NCBI RefSeq assembly: GCF_000143415.4
Contig: NW_003314450.1
Coordinates: forward strand, 32,436-96,435
Direction: 5' to 3'
Origin: Selaginella moellendorffii
Taxonomy: Eukaryota > Plantae > Lycopodiophyta
Length of the DNA: 64,000 nucleotides
Shown here: one piece after another, positions 11,020 through 22,108 of the stretch
Layout: each line of letters opens with the position of its first letter
Numbering within the stretch: the first letter of the stretch is position 1
Notes under the pieces: generated by a model
The model's input: the letters and a program-made list of their open reading frames with translations, nothing else
Told to the model about the DNA's origin: nothing
The model's database searches: none
Program-made: the position numbers and the translations under genes

Positions 11020-12675
11020 TTACTGCTGCTCGTTTTCTGATCCGTCCGAGCTTTTGTTCTTGCAGGTCCAAGCGGAAGCAGCAATCAGTGGTCTCGATTT
11101 CCAGGAAAGAAGCAACTTTTCAATCTCCTCGTCGCTGTGATGCTCCTTGAGCTGGTACCCGTCCTTGAACAGTCCCAGCAGCAGCCTGGCTTGGCAGATG
11201 TTTCTCCTGCTCAGTGAAACTCGGTGGAATCCGGCCGAGTGCAAGAGGCTAGACCACTCGACTTTGGAGTGCGCGTGGTGGTGAGCGATGAGGGCCGTCT
11301 TGATCCTGGTGGCCAGGAACGCGCGCTCGACGAGTATGTGAGCCGTGGTCTCGCACAAGCTCGCCTCCAGCGAGTCGAGTATGGCGGAGTAGTGATGGAG
11401 TGCCTGGAAGAACTTGTCCACGGTATTTGGAGCGCTCAAGCAGCTCACCACCTCCTCCTCGACGAAGGTCACCAGCCTCGGTGAGAACTTTTGCACGGAC
11501 TTGAGAAACGAGAGCACTGACGACGGCGATTTGTGCGGTACGTGCAGGAGGTGGAGCATGCAGTTGACAATGAGCGTCTCCCCCTTGATCAACTTCAGGC
11601 CAACCAGCTTGGAATCCTCATCGTCCTCGACTTTGGCCTGGTGGAAGGAGAACGGGATCTTGAAAGCAGCAGCGCACTCCATGAGACGCTCCTTGGTCTC
11701 CTGGAAGTTGGCGAGCTGGTGCCTGGAGTGAGGGCGATATACAGCGGTGATCCGGAGATGCGGAGTGCCTCCTTCGCGAAGAGCCAGAGCTTGCATAAGA
11801 GATGGCCACTGGATCCCGAGAGTTACATCGTAGTCGAGGATGTGAACTCTCTTATCGTCGCCAATTGCTTCGAGGATGGCCTGGTTCGCGACGTAGTGGC
11901 CGAACTTGATATAGGGGGATGCTTCGTGGAGAGCCTGGAAAGCCGTGATCGAATCGAGATAGCTCATGGAACAAGAGCTCGCAACTTTGGTGATCCTGGC
12001 ACCGTCGAGGAGTGACTGGAGAGCCTCGGTGAAGTAAAGAGCTAGTCTCTGGAAGACCGGACCGCTGGAAGAACACGAGGAAGTGAGCTCCCGGAGGCGG
12101 AAAAGTATGACTTTGGCGAGATCCAGAGCCTGGGAAAACATGGCCTCGGCTCCGGCGAGAAGAAGATGGAATAGACGGCATCCGAAAAACTCCTGGTGCT
12201 GGAGATCGAGCTCGGGGTCTCCAGGGAGCTGGAAGTCATCGAAATTTATTGGAGAGAAATCCAGGCAGGCTTCCGTTTCCAGGCTTCGGTGGAGGAATTC
12301 GCACAGGGCATCGTCGTCCTCGTCCTCGTCGTCGTTATCATCCTCAGCTCCTTCAACTTCGTCCTTTCTCGAGACCTGCTCAAGAACAGAATGTGGACTG
12401 CTCGGCTGGAGTCTTTTGCGAACCTTCGAGGCCGGCGGCTGCTCTTGCTCGTCTCCACCTTCGAGCAGCGAGTCCAGGAGGGCGGAAGTAATACCTTGCT
12501 CCTCGAGCTCCGGCCACACTGAAAGTAAGTCCAAGTCCCCTCCTTGAATCACATCGATATCACAGACTTTGGTGACGCAGGGATCGACCGAGCAAGCCTG
12601 AAGCTCGGAGTACCAGTAGAGATTTTCCTCCCCTTGCCGCTCCAGAGCCATGTCGACATCAAGATCACTCGCCAT
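11020..12675 (-). CDS. NSP2: GRAS transcription factor, NSP2-like
   Basis: [76 protein letters not shown]; intronless; clade assignment from motifs only. Confidence 0.8.
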   Translation of the reverse strand: MASDLDVDMALERQGEENLYWYSELQACSVDPCVTKVCDIDVIQGGDLDLLSVWPELEEQGITSALLDSLLEGGDEQEQPPASKVRKRLQPSSPHSVLEQVSRKDEVEGAEDDNDDEDEDDDALCEFLHRSLETEACLDFSPINFDDFQLPGDPELDLQHQEFFGCRLFHLLLAGAEAMFSQALDLAKVILFRLRELTSSCSSSGPVFQRLALYFTEALQSLLDGARITKVASSCSMSYLDSITAFQALHEASPYIKFGHYVANQAILEAIGDDKRVHILDYDVTLGIQWPSLMQALALREGGTPHLRITAVYRPHSRHQLANFQETKERLMECAAAFKIPFSFHQAKVEDDEDSKLVGLKLIKGETLIVNCMLHLLHVPHKSPSSVLSFLKSVQKFSPRLVTFVEEEVVSCLSAPNTVDKFFQALHHYSAILDSLEASLCETTAHILVERAFLATRIKTALIAHHHAHSKVEWSSLLHSAGFHRVSLSRRNICQARLLLGLFKDGYQLKEHHSDEEIEKLLLSWKSRPLIAASAWTCKNKSSDGSENEQQ

Positions 12676-13598
12676 CACGCAGGAAAGGTAAGAGCTTTTT
12701 TCTTTCTTGGAAGAGGAAGGACAACTTTTCAAGTTGGGGAAAGCACGCTCCTCCGGACTAAACTCCCGTTTTTCTATAGGTGCGTGGATCTCTTACAGGA
12801 GCGCGGACCCCTAGATGGGAGCATATTTCTCCATCTTCCTGGTATATGCACCGCGATGCGCTCTTCAAAGGTCCCACTTTTCTCTTTGATATGTCTCGAC
12901 TTAGATGCTCTGTCTTCATGGTTGTTCCTGGGCCAACAATGGAACACTAAACTTTGCTTTGTTGGTGCCAGTGGAAGCAAATGGAATGCGAGCAAGGAGA
13001 TCTGTTAGCCTCTCCCGACGAAGTTGTCGTGGAAGCTGCGATTGGCGAGCGAGGTACTTCGTTGTCGATCGATCAGCTGTGAACAAAAGCTCGCGTTTTT
13101 AAATTCGCAGGAAGGGCGGGCGAGCGAGCGAGCGAAAGAGCGAGAGGTGTCAGCACAGGAACACAACTCGATCGAAGAAAAGAGGTGAAGTTTTGACATT
13201 TCCTTTTGGTACGAAAGGGACTCGAAGAACAGTTTTTCTTTTTTCTTCCTTGTTTCTATTCCGTGATGTTAGCGAGTGTGATATTTGTGTGACTAGTGCT
13301 CTGGGATTTCTGGGGATGCGCATCCGCTCCGGTCAAGAAGCCGGGCATTTAGAGCTTCTAAGGTAAAATTTGGAGGTGGGGACATGATGCGGTTCACAAT
13401 GCGGGCGCGATTCTTTTGATTTTGTTCTGTGCTTTGTTGTTTAATGTGCGGAGAAGATGCCCTTCGCTCGTGAAAGTGCCAAAAACTAGATCCCGCGAAC
13501 TAAAATTTAAATGAAGCATATTCTCCTGTGCCCTAAATTTGCCTATGCTTGAAATGATTCGGCGAATATGCCCCAAAACGCTAGTTTATCGTCCAGCG

Positions 13599-15300
13599 AT
13601 GGCGGCTCGGGAGATGATTCTCTCGGCAGCTGTGTGCCTCTGCTCGATTGCGGCGGTGAGACTGATGGATCTCTACTGGGATTCTCCGTCCCCCGGGCCG
13701 CATTGGATGGAGCAGGAATCCGGGCCGGCATTGCGAGCTTCTTGCTCGGGGCATGGTAGGGTTTTCAACGACGGCAGCGATCTGGCGTGCGAGTGTAGCG
13801 ACTGCTACACTGGCGTGAATTGCTCTGAGCTCCAGCATGGCTGCATGGTCGATGCCGATGCGTAAGATCCTCACGAATCTAAGCTCTAGATTTCTATTGC
13901 CTGGAGATTTTATCCTCTCCTTGCTAGAGCATGAGCTAAGGTTGCGTAGCTTCTCGTTCTTTCAATAGAAAGGTCAATCCTAACCTTCTTCGTACTTGCT
14001 TGCAGTGGCGATCCAACTTTCCTGGAGCCCTTCTGGATGGAGCACGGGGCTGATGCCGGCGTGTTCATGCCCAGCTGGTATAGAATGGGCTACAGCGTAA
14101 AGAAGAAGGGATCCTCGCCCGCGCACAAAGAACTTCCGCTTGTGTACGTGATAAAAGAGCTCGAAGACAGCATTAGGGAGCTCCATGAACTGGTCGGGAA
14201 TGCCGTCGTCAAGGACAAGTATTTGGTTATCGGAACTGGTTCCATGCAGCTCGTTGCCGCCGCTCTCAATGCTCTCTCCGATTCGTTTCCGGAGAAGCCT
14301 GGCGCTGTTGTCACCAGAGCACCGTGCTACATGGTAAAGCTTTTCGGTTTTTTCTTCTCTTGGTTCTTAAGCTTTTGCTTGGCTACCATAGATTTACAAG
14401 TTACAAGTCGACGTGCTTTCTTCTTCCAAGTTCCAATGGGGTGGTGATGCTGTGGCGGCTTTTGAGAAGAAAGCATTCGATCCTTCTTCAGTGGTGGAGC
14501 TTCTGGCTGCTCCTAATAACCCCGACACTTCGATTCTAGAGCCTGTCTACAAAGGAACGAACGCGAAGATTATCCACGACAAGGCGTACTACTGGCCGCA
14601 CTACACTGCCATCGCTGGAGCTCTGGACGAGGATGTGATGCTCTTCTCGCTGTCGAAAACCACCGGCCATGCGGGCTCCAGAATCGGGTAAGCAAACTCT
14701 TTCTATAATATGTGATGCAGCTCTGACTCGAGAACCAACTTAAACAGATGGGCGCTGGTGAGAGACATTGAGGTCTACAAGAAGATGTTCATGTACATTG
14801 CGGTGTCAACCATTGGAGTTTCTCGCGAGTCACAGTTGCGAGCCCACCGGCTGATCAAATCACTGCTGGATGGATATCAAAATGGCGGAAGCCACAAAGC
14901 GCGGATGTTTGACTTCGGCTACCACACACTTCAGTCACGCTGGCAGACACTAGCGGAGATATTCAAAGCCTCAACCAGGTTCTCTATTCAGAAAACCGAC
15001 TCTCAGCATTGCTCCTTCTTCAAGAAAGAAGTGTCTCCTTCTCCAGGTATGCCACAAAGTATTACCCCTGTATACATTCTTACGCGTGAGCTCTTTGCAG
15101 CTTATGCTTGGATCCGCTGCGAGCAAGAGGAAGACTGTCACTCGATTTTCGCAGCAGCAGGAATAAATGGCCGTCCAGGACGAGCATTTGGAGTCAGCAA
15201 TCGCTACATACGGCTGTGCATGATAAAACGAGACGACGAGTTCGAGCTACTTGCTGGTAAGCTCCAGGCTCTCGTGGACACAGAGCTAACGAACGAGTAA
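13599..15300 (+). CDS. Tryptophan aminotransferase-related / alliinase-family PLP enzyme with EGF-like domain
   Basis: CSGHGR..CECSDCYTGVNCS EGF-like domain, AGDPTFLEPFW, PNNPD, DKAYYWPHYT, PLP-lysine SLSKTTGHAGSRIGW; 5 exons. Confidence 0.9.
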
Positions 15301-15390
15301 ACAATCGTTTGCTCGACGAGTTCGAGCTACTACTCGCGGGTAAGCTCCAAGCTCCTGTGGACACGCAGGTAACAAACGAGTAAACAATCG
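15234..15390 (+). repeat. Tandem duplication (~75 bp x2) of the TAR gene 3' end including the stop codon
   Basis: 15234-15307 vs 15314-15390: cgacgagttcgagctact..ggtaagctcca..gtggacac..taac.aacgagtaaacaatcg. Confidence 0.85.
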
Positions 15391-15447
15391 CTTATTCAAT
15401 CAATCTGTGTGTGAGCACTGTGAAGAACAAAAAGTTTGCTTTTGCTT

Positions 15448-16839
15448 TCAAGCGGCTGCCTCCAGCTTCTCCTCCAGCTTCTGTGGAAGAGCCTCGTCAA
15501 CTTTCGGGAATTCACTCTCAGGCATCTCGTCCTTCGTTGTTTCTTCCGTTGCATCTGACTTCTCCCTCGCAGCCTTCGCCGAGGCCTGGAGCTTGACGAA
15601 ATCACCCTTCTTGGTCTTGAGCGTTTCCACCACCTTGTTCGCCTCCCCGACCGTGGAGGGCGGCGATATGCCGAGCTTCGCGAAGGAGGCGAGCGCGTCC
15701 AGAGACAAGCAAAGCTTCTCCTTCGGAGGTACCGCGCCCTTTCCTTTCTTGCCTCTAGCACTGGGCTCTTTCGATTTCCCGGCAAACCAGCCCTCATCCT
15801 CGCTCCGGTTCTTCTTGCTCTGCAGCATCGTCCCGAATCCCTCCACGCTGGCCACCGCCTCCCTCGATGCTGGCGTCTCGGGCAACTTATCCTCCGCCAC
15901 CTCCACCGGCGTGAGCTTCTGGAGGTACGCTCCCAGCTGCTCGCACAGGATGATCTCGTCGGTATACTTCTCCACAAAGTTCTCCTCCGCGATCCTCTTC
16001 CTCGTCTTCTCCCGCTCCAGCCACTCGGCCCGCCTCCTCTCCTCGTTCTGCCTCGCTGCCACCGCCCTCCTCTCCCTCGCCACCTTCTCCCTCGCGAAGA
16101 ACTCCGACCACCGCGCGTTGATCCCCTCCCGCAGGTTCTTGATCCTCTCGTACGCGCTGTTCCTCTCCGCCGCCAGCGCCGAGGTGTCCAGCGCCTTGGC
16201 GGCCTCGCTCTCCCGGATCTGGTCCATGGTCTTCTTGAGCTCGTTGATCTCCGCCTTGAGGCTCGTCAGGAGCTTGTCCTTCTCCCTGGCTCGCTCCAGC
16301 GCCGCGCCCCGGAGCTCCTGCTCTTGGGCGATCTGCTCCATCCTCTGGTTGTACTCCACCACCATCTCCCGCGACCGCCGGAGCTCCTTGAGCTGCGCCA
16401 TCGCGCCCCTCTCCTCCTTGATCGCCAGAGACGTGTGCTGGATCCGGTACTCGAGCCGCTGGATCTCAGCGTCGATGAGCTCCAGCTTGGCGGCGGAGGG
16501 CAACTTCTCTCGCAGCGCGCGCGCCTCGACGCGGCCCTGCTCGCGGATCTTGTCCGCCGCCTCCAGCTCCGCCTTGATCCGCCGCTTCTCCTCGAGGTTG
16601 TCCGCGAAGGAGGCGTTCATCACGGCCAGCTTGTTCCGGGCCTCGACGAGCTCCGGCGACTGCGCGTACCTGGTGCCCTTGGACGACTCCAGCTGCGCCT
16701 TGATCTCCACAATCCGGCCCTGGAGCGCCTTGATCTCCTCCTCCGCCGCCGCCGCCGCCGCCTCCACGGCCTTCCGATCCGCTCGATCCGGGCGGCTGGC
16801 CTGCGCCGCCGATGCCGCCGCCTCCACCATCGCTACCAT
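15448..16839 (-). CDS. Coiled-coil protein, BFR1 / proton pump-interactor-like
   Basis: IDAEIQRLEYRIQHTSLAIKEER, YTDEIILCEQLGAYL, LSLDALASFAKLGISPPST motifs; GC3-rich intronless 463-aa ORF; telo-box upstream. Confidence 0.7.
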   Translation of the reverse strand: MVAMVEAAASAAQASRPDRADRKAVEAAAAAAEEEIKALQGRIVEIKAQLESSKGTRYAQSPELVEARNKLAVMNASFADNLEEKRRIKAELEAADKIREQGRVEARALREKLPSAAKLELIDAEIQRLEYRIQHTSLAIKEERGAMAQLKELRRSREMVVEYNQRMEQIAQEQELRGAALERAREKDKLLTSLKAEINELKKTMDQIRESEAAKALDTSALAAERNSAYERIKNLREGINARWSEFFAREKVARERRAVAARQNEERRRAEWLEREKTRKRIAEENFVEKYTDEIILCEQLGAYLQKLTPVEVAEDKLPETPASREAVASVEGFGTMLQSKKNRSEDEGWFAGKSKEPSARGKKGKGAVPPKEKLCLSLDALASFAKLGISPPSTVGEANKVVETLKTKKGDFVKLQASAKAAREKSDATEETTKDEMPESEFPKVDEALPQKLEEKLEAAA

Positions 16840-17120
16840 GATCTGCGCTTAAAATCAAGAACCCTAGCCTTGCTTCTAACTGATTCTTTAACCTTTTGTA
16901 GAGGCTAGCTTTTGCATTTTACCTTTACTATGACAGTTACACGTGGAAGGTGTTTATTGGTTCTTGACCATTGACATGTGTCTGACGTGGCATATTCCGA
17001 GGAACCCTAATCGCTGTGGTTGCCACGACTCCTCAATGTTTCTCGATCGCGAGGGCAGCATCGAAGAGCCCACGTCTCGATCTCGATCACCTAGCGAGCA
17101 TTGCGGTTACCAGATCAGTT

Positions 17121-17828
17121 ATGCCACCGCCCACAACGGCCCAAATCGACGCCTACCTCAAGGAGGACGCCAGTGTCACCAGCGAAGGCTCGGGAGCTAA
17201 CCCGGTGTTCCAGGCCATCCACGCCGCGCGCCTCTTCCCTCTCACATACCGATCGGTGTCCGAGGCCAGGATCCCACTCCCCACCTGGAGCCGCTACCGC
17301 CAGGACGCGCCCAATCCAATCCGGACAGTCGAGTGGAGGAACATCATCATCACCGCCAGGATCACGCTCTGCGAGGACGCCTACTCCCTCCTCGCGGACG
17401 TCTCCAACGTTCTCAAGGAGGAGGCCGAGGATGTGGAGGATTTCTACGGCAAGGGGAGCTTGCTCATGGAGAAGCTCGTTGGATTTCGCGGGAAGAGCAT
17501 GGGCAGCACCAAGAACAAGCAGCTCATCACGTACGTGGAGAACCAGCCGGGCACTGGGAGGGGATGTGGGACGGTGTTCTATCCATTTCTCGAGTTTGAC
17601 AGGGAGTGTGACTACCAAGCGGCCGTGATCTTCATCACCAACCGGATCAGGCGCGATGCGCTAGGAGGGAAGGCCGTGTTTGAGCTAGAGGAGCTCGATA
17701 CGTGCCTTGTTCGCGATCGAGTCATGGCGTTTCTGGCAAGCAGGGGGATTGAGCCGCCGCCGCCACCAGTGGAGGAAGCGCCGCCGGAGGAGGAGCCTCC
17801 GCCACCACCTGCAAAGAAGAGAAAGTAG
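17121..17828 (+). CDS. Uncharacterised protein (~235 aa) with poly-Pro and C-terminal NLS-like PAKKRK
   Basis: GC3-biased ORF; degenerate paralog at 25437-25754. Confidence 0.6.
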   Translation: MPPPTTAQIDAYLKEDASVTSEGSGANPVFQAIHAARLFPLTYRSVSEARIPLPTWSRYRQDAPNPIRTVEWRNIIITARITLCEDAYSLLADVSNVLKEEAEDVEDFYGKGSLLMEKLVGFRGKSMGSTKNKQLITYVENQPGTGRGCGTVFYPFLEFDRECDYQAAVIFITNRIRRDALGGKAVFELEELDTCLVRDRVMAFLASRGIEPPPPPVEEAPPEEEPPPPPAKKRK

Positions 17829-18918
17829 TGGCAGCGATCGAGAGTGGGCAATGTTTTGCGAAGAGATCTTGTACTGCAAACATGCCAGCGCTACGATCCC
17901 TTGCTCATCGTCTAGATCATGCTGTAGAGTTTGCAAGCCCGTGAGCTCTAAAACATTCACTTCTCAAGTGTTAAATGTTTCTAAGATCCAATGGCGCGTC
18001 CGCTTCATCCAGCTAGCAAGATCATCTTCAATCCAAACTCTCCAACTTCCCGGAAGTTTTCGATCCAGCTAGTCCTCCCCGATACATTCACTCCTTTCTA
18101 CTATCACATCTTGATATCTCCAGATAATGGCGATGGAGTGATAAGGAGAACAGCAGCTCTGGATCAATGCATGCTAGAGATAGAAGCATGCTGAGATGAG
18201 GTTGAGGTTGATCTTACGGCTCAGAGAGTTGAATAGGAAAACTCCTGCTGAGACGAACTGAAGCAGTGATAGCCGGTTCTAGAAAGTGGCCACCAATTCG
18301 ACTAGAACATCGTTCTCGTGTCAATGTAAACAGATTCCCATAAAGTATCCACTTCCCAATGGATCACAGATTTCTTGGCTCTGGATCAAGCACCTTTACC
18401 AGATCACTTCGCAACGACAATCGATCGATCAGATTTGAAGGTAACTTCAAATACCTTGGACACCAGATGATCCTCGGCCACCTTTATCCGATCAAGCTCT
18501 CGCCCCCCCCCATACTTTCTGATCGTTTTACTCCAGCTCCCGCAAGTTTGATACGTGTTCGATACGTGTTCGATACCCTTGCTCGTGGAAAAGTAGTTAG
18601 AGAGAGAGAAAGAGATAGAGAGTGGTCACCCTTTTGTTTCGTTGGGGCAGCAGCCACCATCTCCTCGACCACCTCTTCATGTCCGACAGTGTGAAGCGAG
18701 AAAGATCATCGCCACTGCTATACCGACAAGAGCTGGAAATATCACCAGCATGGCCGCAAGGCCGTTGCATGGAAGTTGACACCATACAGCTGAAGTGGTC
18801 GTGGTGTAGGTGGTGATATCCTCGAATTCCAAGATTGCTGCTTGCAAACTTGGATCGCTGGCCTCATGTACAAACAGCGGGGGCTGGTGGCGTGAAGCGC
18901 TGCGGGTGCAAGGCAAAC

Positions 18919-19100
18919 TTTTGATCCTGTTGCTGTTGGCGTGAGTCGAGCTTTTGATCCTGTTGCTGCTGCGTGAGGAGAGCTTTTACTGCTGTTGTGC
19001 AGGTTCTCCACATCGTTGCTGTTGCTGCTACTGTGCTGAATGAGCTCTCCATGACATTGCTGCTGCTGAGCAAGCTCTACATGTTGTTGCTGCTACTAGC
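18919..19100. repeat. Degenerate minisatellite (33-bp duplication plus gagctctccatg..ttgctgctgctg units)
   Basis: ttttgatcctgttgctg x2; unit shared with 19850-20047. Confidence 0.7.
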
Positions 19101-19849
19101 ACCATAAGGTGAGCTCTTGTGGAAGGAAACTCCACAAACACTAAAACAAGTGAGCATATAAAAACCATTGTTGCATAGGGATTTAAATCTTTTCATTCTT
19201 TAATGCTAATTGTCACAGCAAAACCAGTGTTGCATAGGGATTTAAACCTTCTTATGCTTTACCATCCAATTATTCTTCTCAGCACCAACATATTGGTGGT
19301 GTTTCATCACACCACTCATTTGCTTTTTGATTTCCACCTAAGCCTTCTCTTCACACAATGACAAAACTTTGGGATCACATTTAATATAAAAGAAAGGGAA
19401 ATTTCATTTTAACTTTGTTTTTGTTATGGACAATCTTGGCAACAATTGTGCTACATTCTACACTTTTTACTTCAGAACATCTTGAATAAATTGTTACACT
19501 TGTGTCTTTGGATTTTCACTTTTCTTTTCTTTTTGCTAGCTTTGTAGTAAGAGTAACTTGATTGTCTCTTCAGCACTTCCTCTCTCCCTATTATCTAATA
19601 TTTTTCCAACACTGAAATAAAATGGTTTTTAACTTGATTTGGCATGTGTGGAGTTTCCATCCATATTTTTTGGTCCATTGTCTTGAATAAAGAGTGAGCA
19701 AAGTGAGCACAGAAAAATTATTAATGCCTAAGGACTTGAACTTCTTCATTCCAAAAGTTCAGGTTAAGTAGGATTATTATTAATAATTATTATTAATCAC
19801 GTCTAATAATGACCTTGACTTCTTTGACAACTCTCCACGACATTGCATG

Positions 19850-20047
19850 TGCTCTCCATGTTATTGCTGCTGCTGGCGTCATAAAGCGAGCTCTCCATGA
19901 CACTGCTGCTGCTGAGTGAGCTCTCCATGTTGTTGCTGCTGCTGCTGGCATCGTAAAGCGAGCTCTCCAAGACGTTGCTGCTGCTGAGCGAACTCTCCAT
20001 GCCTGCTGCTGTGGAGCAAGCTCTCCATGTTGTTGCTGCAGGCTAGC
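19850..20047. repeat. Minisatellite of ~30-40 bp units gagctctccatg(N)tgctgctgctg
   Basis: About six consecutive units visible. Confidence 0.8.
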
Positions 20048-20866
20048 ATCATTGCGATACCAAACCCACAGCGAGTTTGATAGTGTCTTTTCTCCCTCCT
20101 GCACCGCTGCTTGAAAAGCTTTTCGAGCGTTTTCAGTGTTGGACTTCCCACCATCCTGACCAGGCAAGCTCCGGGGGAGCCATCGCCACACCAATGGTGT
20201 TGGAGCTGCTGGCAGTGCCGGCGTCCATAACAAACCACCTTGTCTTTGACTATTTAACTGTAAACCGCATAATTCCATGTATAAATCCCTAAGAAATAAT
20301 CTCCATGTTGCATTCACATATAAAATGGCCCATGTTGTCTTGTGCCTCTTGAGTGCTTATGCAGCCATGGGTTTGCTTGTACAATATGGTTCTACCACGG
20401 TTGGGAATGGCAGTTTCATCCCTTTGAGCAGCACCAATTCATCACGGTTGACATTGAAGGATTTTGTGGAAATGGTAGTGCTTGTCTCTTCTTGGTGGTG
20501 ATGACAGATCAAAAAGCACTAGCGACTCCGCTCTTGAATTACCCCTACATCAACGTTTGGGTTGCAAACATTCTAGCAGGGAACTCTGGTAAGAACCACA
20601 CTTACAATTTCATGCTCGTGCCGCAGAGGAATCCCTTGGTGAAGCCCATCGCCAAGCGCATGGTTCTCTCTCTGGCCAATATCATCCAGCAGTACCATTG
20701 TGGAAGCCCTCTCCAGGCCGTCTCCTTCACCACCTTCCTCCACTAATCTTAGTTCAAGAACATGAGAATGAGAACTTGTTTTCATTCCACTACCTTTCTT
20801 TGAAGGCTTTGAAAATCAAATCACTCCATAGCTTGTGTCATTCATGATATCTATTCTGACCAGCAC

Positions 20867-22108
20867 TTAGAAAAAGGCTCGGCTGCCATAGAAAACCCGG
20901 TGGTTCTTGCCATGATCACCACTGTCCTGGTGGGACTTGCTCTTCTTGGCGTTTGGAGTGGAGGTATCCTTGCGATCCAGATCGAGCGGGAGCTGCATCT
21001 TGGCCAGCGCCTCCGTGAACTGCTGCATGCTCTTCATGTACATGTCCACGAACTGCTGCTGCATGTCCGGAGAGTCGCTACTGATCGATGACGACGACGC
21101 CTCCTGGCTGCTTCCACGGCACGGCGGCTGCGCTTTGCAGCTCTCCCCCAATCCATGATGATCGCTTGGAGGCCCAGAGCTCACACCGCTGCTGTCGCTC
21201 GACTGATCATGATCGTCGGAGCAAGTGGTGCCCACTTCGCTGCTCGAGGGCGAGCTGTTCTTCTCAGCTGCTCGGTGGTATTGGTGATGGTGACTGCTCG
21301 TTAAGTTCCCGGAATCATGATCCTTGCTCGAGCTCTTCGCCTCGAACAGGAGCGAGGGCCCCGTGACGATCCCACTGCTGTTGTGCGACGAGGAAGATAT
21401 CTCCAGGTAGCTCGACACCAGCTGCTGATCCTCGGACGCGGCTTGCAAGTCCGGGAACTCGATCCTCTCAAACTCGCCGCCATCACCCTGCCAAGGTGGC
21501 GACTCCGACCCGGACGAAGAACTCGCGTGGCCATCCTCGAACACCTTGATGAACCCGTGCTTTTTCTTCTTCACCACGACCACCGGACCTGGCGAGCATT
21601 GATCGGCGGGCGAGGCGTGATCATCCGACGCGAGAGCTCCCTCCCGAAACGCTAAAGTGAGGCGGACGATCCCGGCCGGGGAGTGGAAGAGCTCGGTGGA
21701 GGAGAGACCGTATGCTTCCGGCTGGTCTTGGCCTTTGGAAGCCAAGCTGGAGAGAGGAACGAGCGCGAAGCCCAGGAGCTGGTCCTCGAGGTAGCTGTGA
21801 GCTCGGCTGCTCATCCACATCTCGCATTTGAGCACCGAGTTTGGGCACGTCACGGGCAGCTGGAAGCTCTCGTTGAAGACGGGGTTCTTGCCGGCCTTGG
21901 CGATCACTTGTGTGCAAACGGGCTCGGCCTTGCCGTGCGTGAAGGAGAACTTCGCGAAAACGTCCTGCTTGTCGTAGATACAAATGTTGTGGATCCCCTG
22001 CGCGTCGTGGACGCGCACCTCCAGGATCCCGCCCTGGAAGGAGCTCTGCTGCTCGTCGTGATCATCGCCCAGGGCGCTGCTGCTGTAGCTGGGAAGAGCC
22101 GCGATCAT
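20867..22108 (-). CDS. C2-domain (calcium/lipid-binding) protein
   Basis: GILEVRVHDAQGIHNICIYDKQDVFAKF..AGKNPVFNE..DQLLGFALVPL; conserved tail MYMKSMQQFTEALAKMQLP...RVFYGSRAFF; 5' intron ~22116-22172. Confidence 0.85.
   Translation of the reverse strand: MIAALPSYSSSALGDDHDEQQSSFQGGILEVRVHDAQGIHNICIYDKQDVFAKFSFTHGKAEPVCTQVIAKAGKNPVFNESFQLPVTCPNSVLKCEMWMSSRAHSYLEDQLLGFALVPLSSLASKGQDQPEAYGLSSTELFHSPAGIVRLTLAFREGALASDDHASPADQCSPGPVVVVKKKKHGFIKVFEDGHASSSSGSESPPWQGDGGEFERIEFPDLQAASEDQQLVSSYLEISSSSHNSSGIVTGPSLLFEAKSSSKDHDSGNLTSSHHHQYHRAAEKNSSPSSSEVGTTCSDDHDQSSDSSGVSSGPPSDHHGLGESCKAQPPCRGSSQEASSSSISSDSPDMQQQFVDMYMKSMQQFTEALAKMQLPLDLDRKDTSTPNAKKSKSHQDSGDHGKNHRVFYGSRAFF

Noticed and set aside
15407-16852. 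481-aa antisense ORF opposite the BFR1/PPI-like gene
   Set aside because: Mirror of a GC3-rich coding strand; low-complexity S/L/A/F content with no motif.
19850-20047. CRISPR-like array
   Set aside because: Eukaryotic context; degenerate repeats with no unique spacers and no cas genes.
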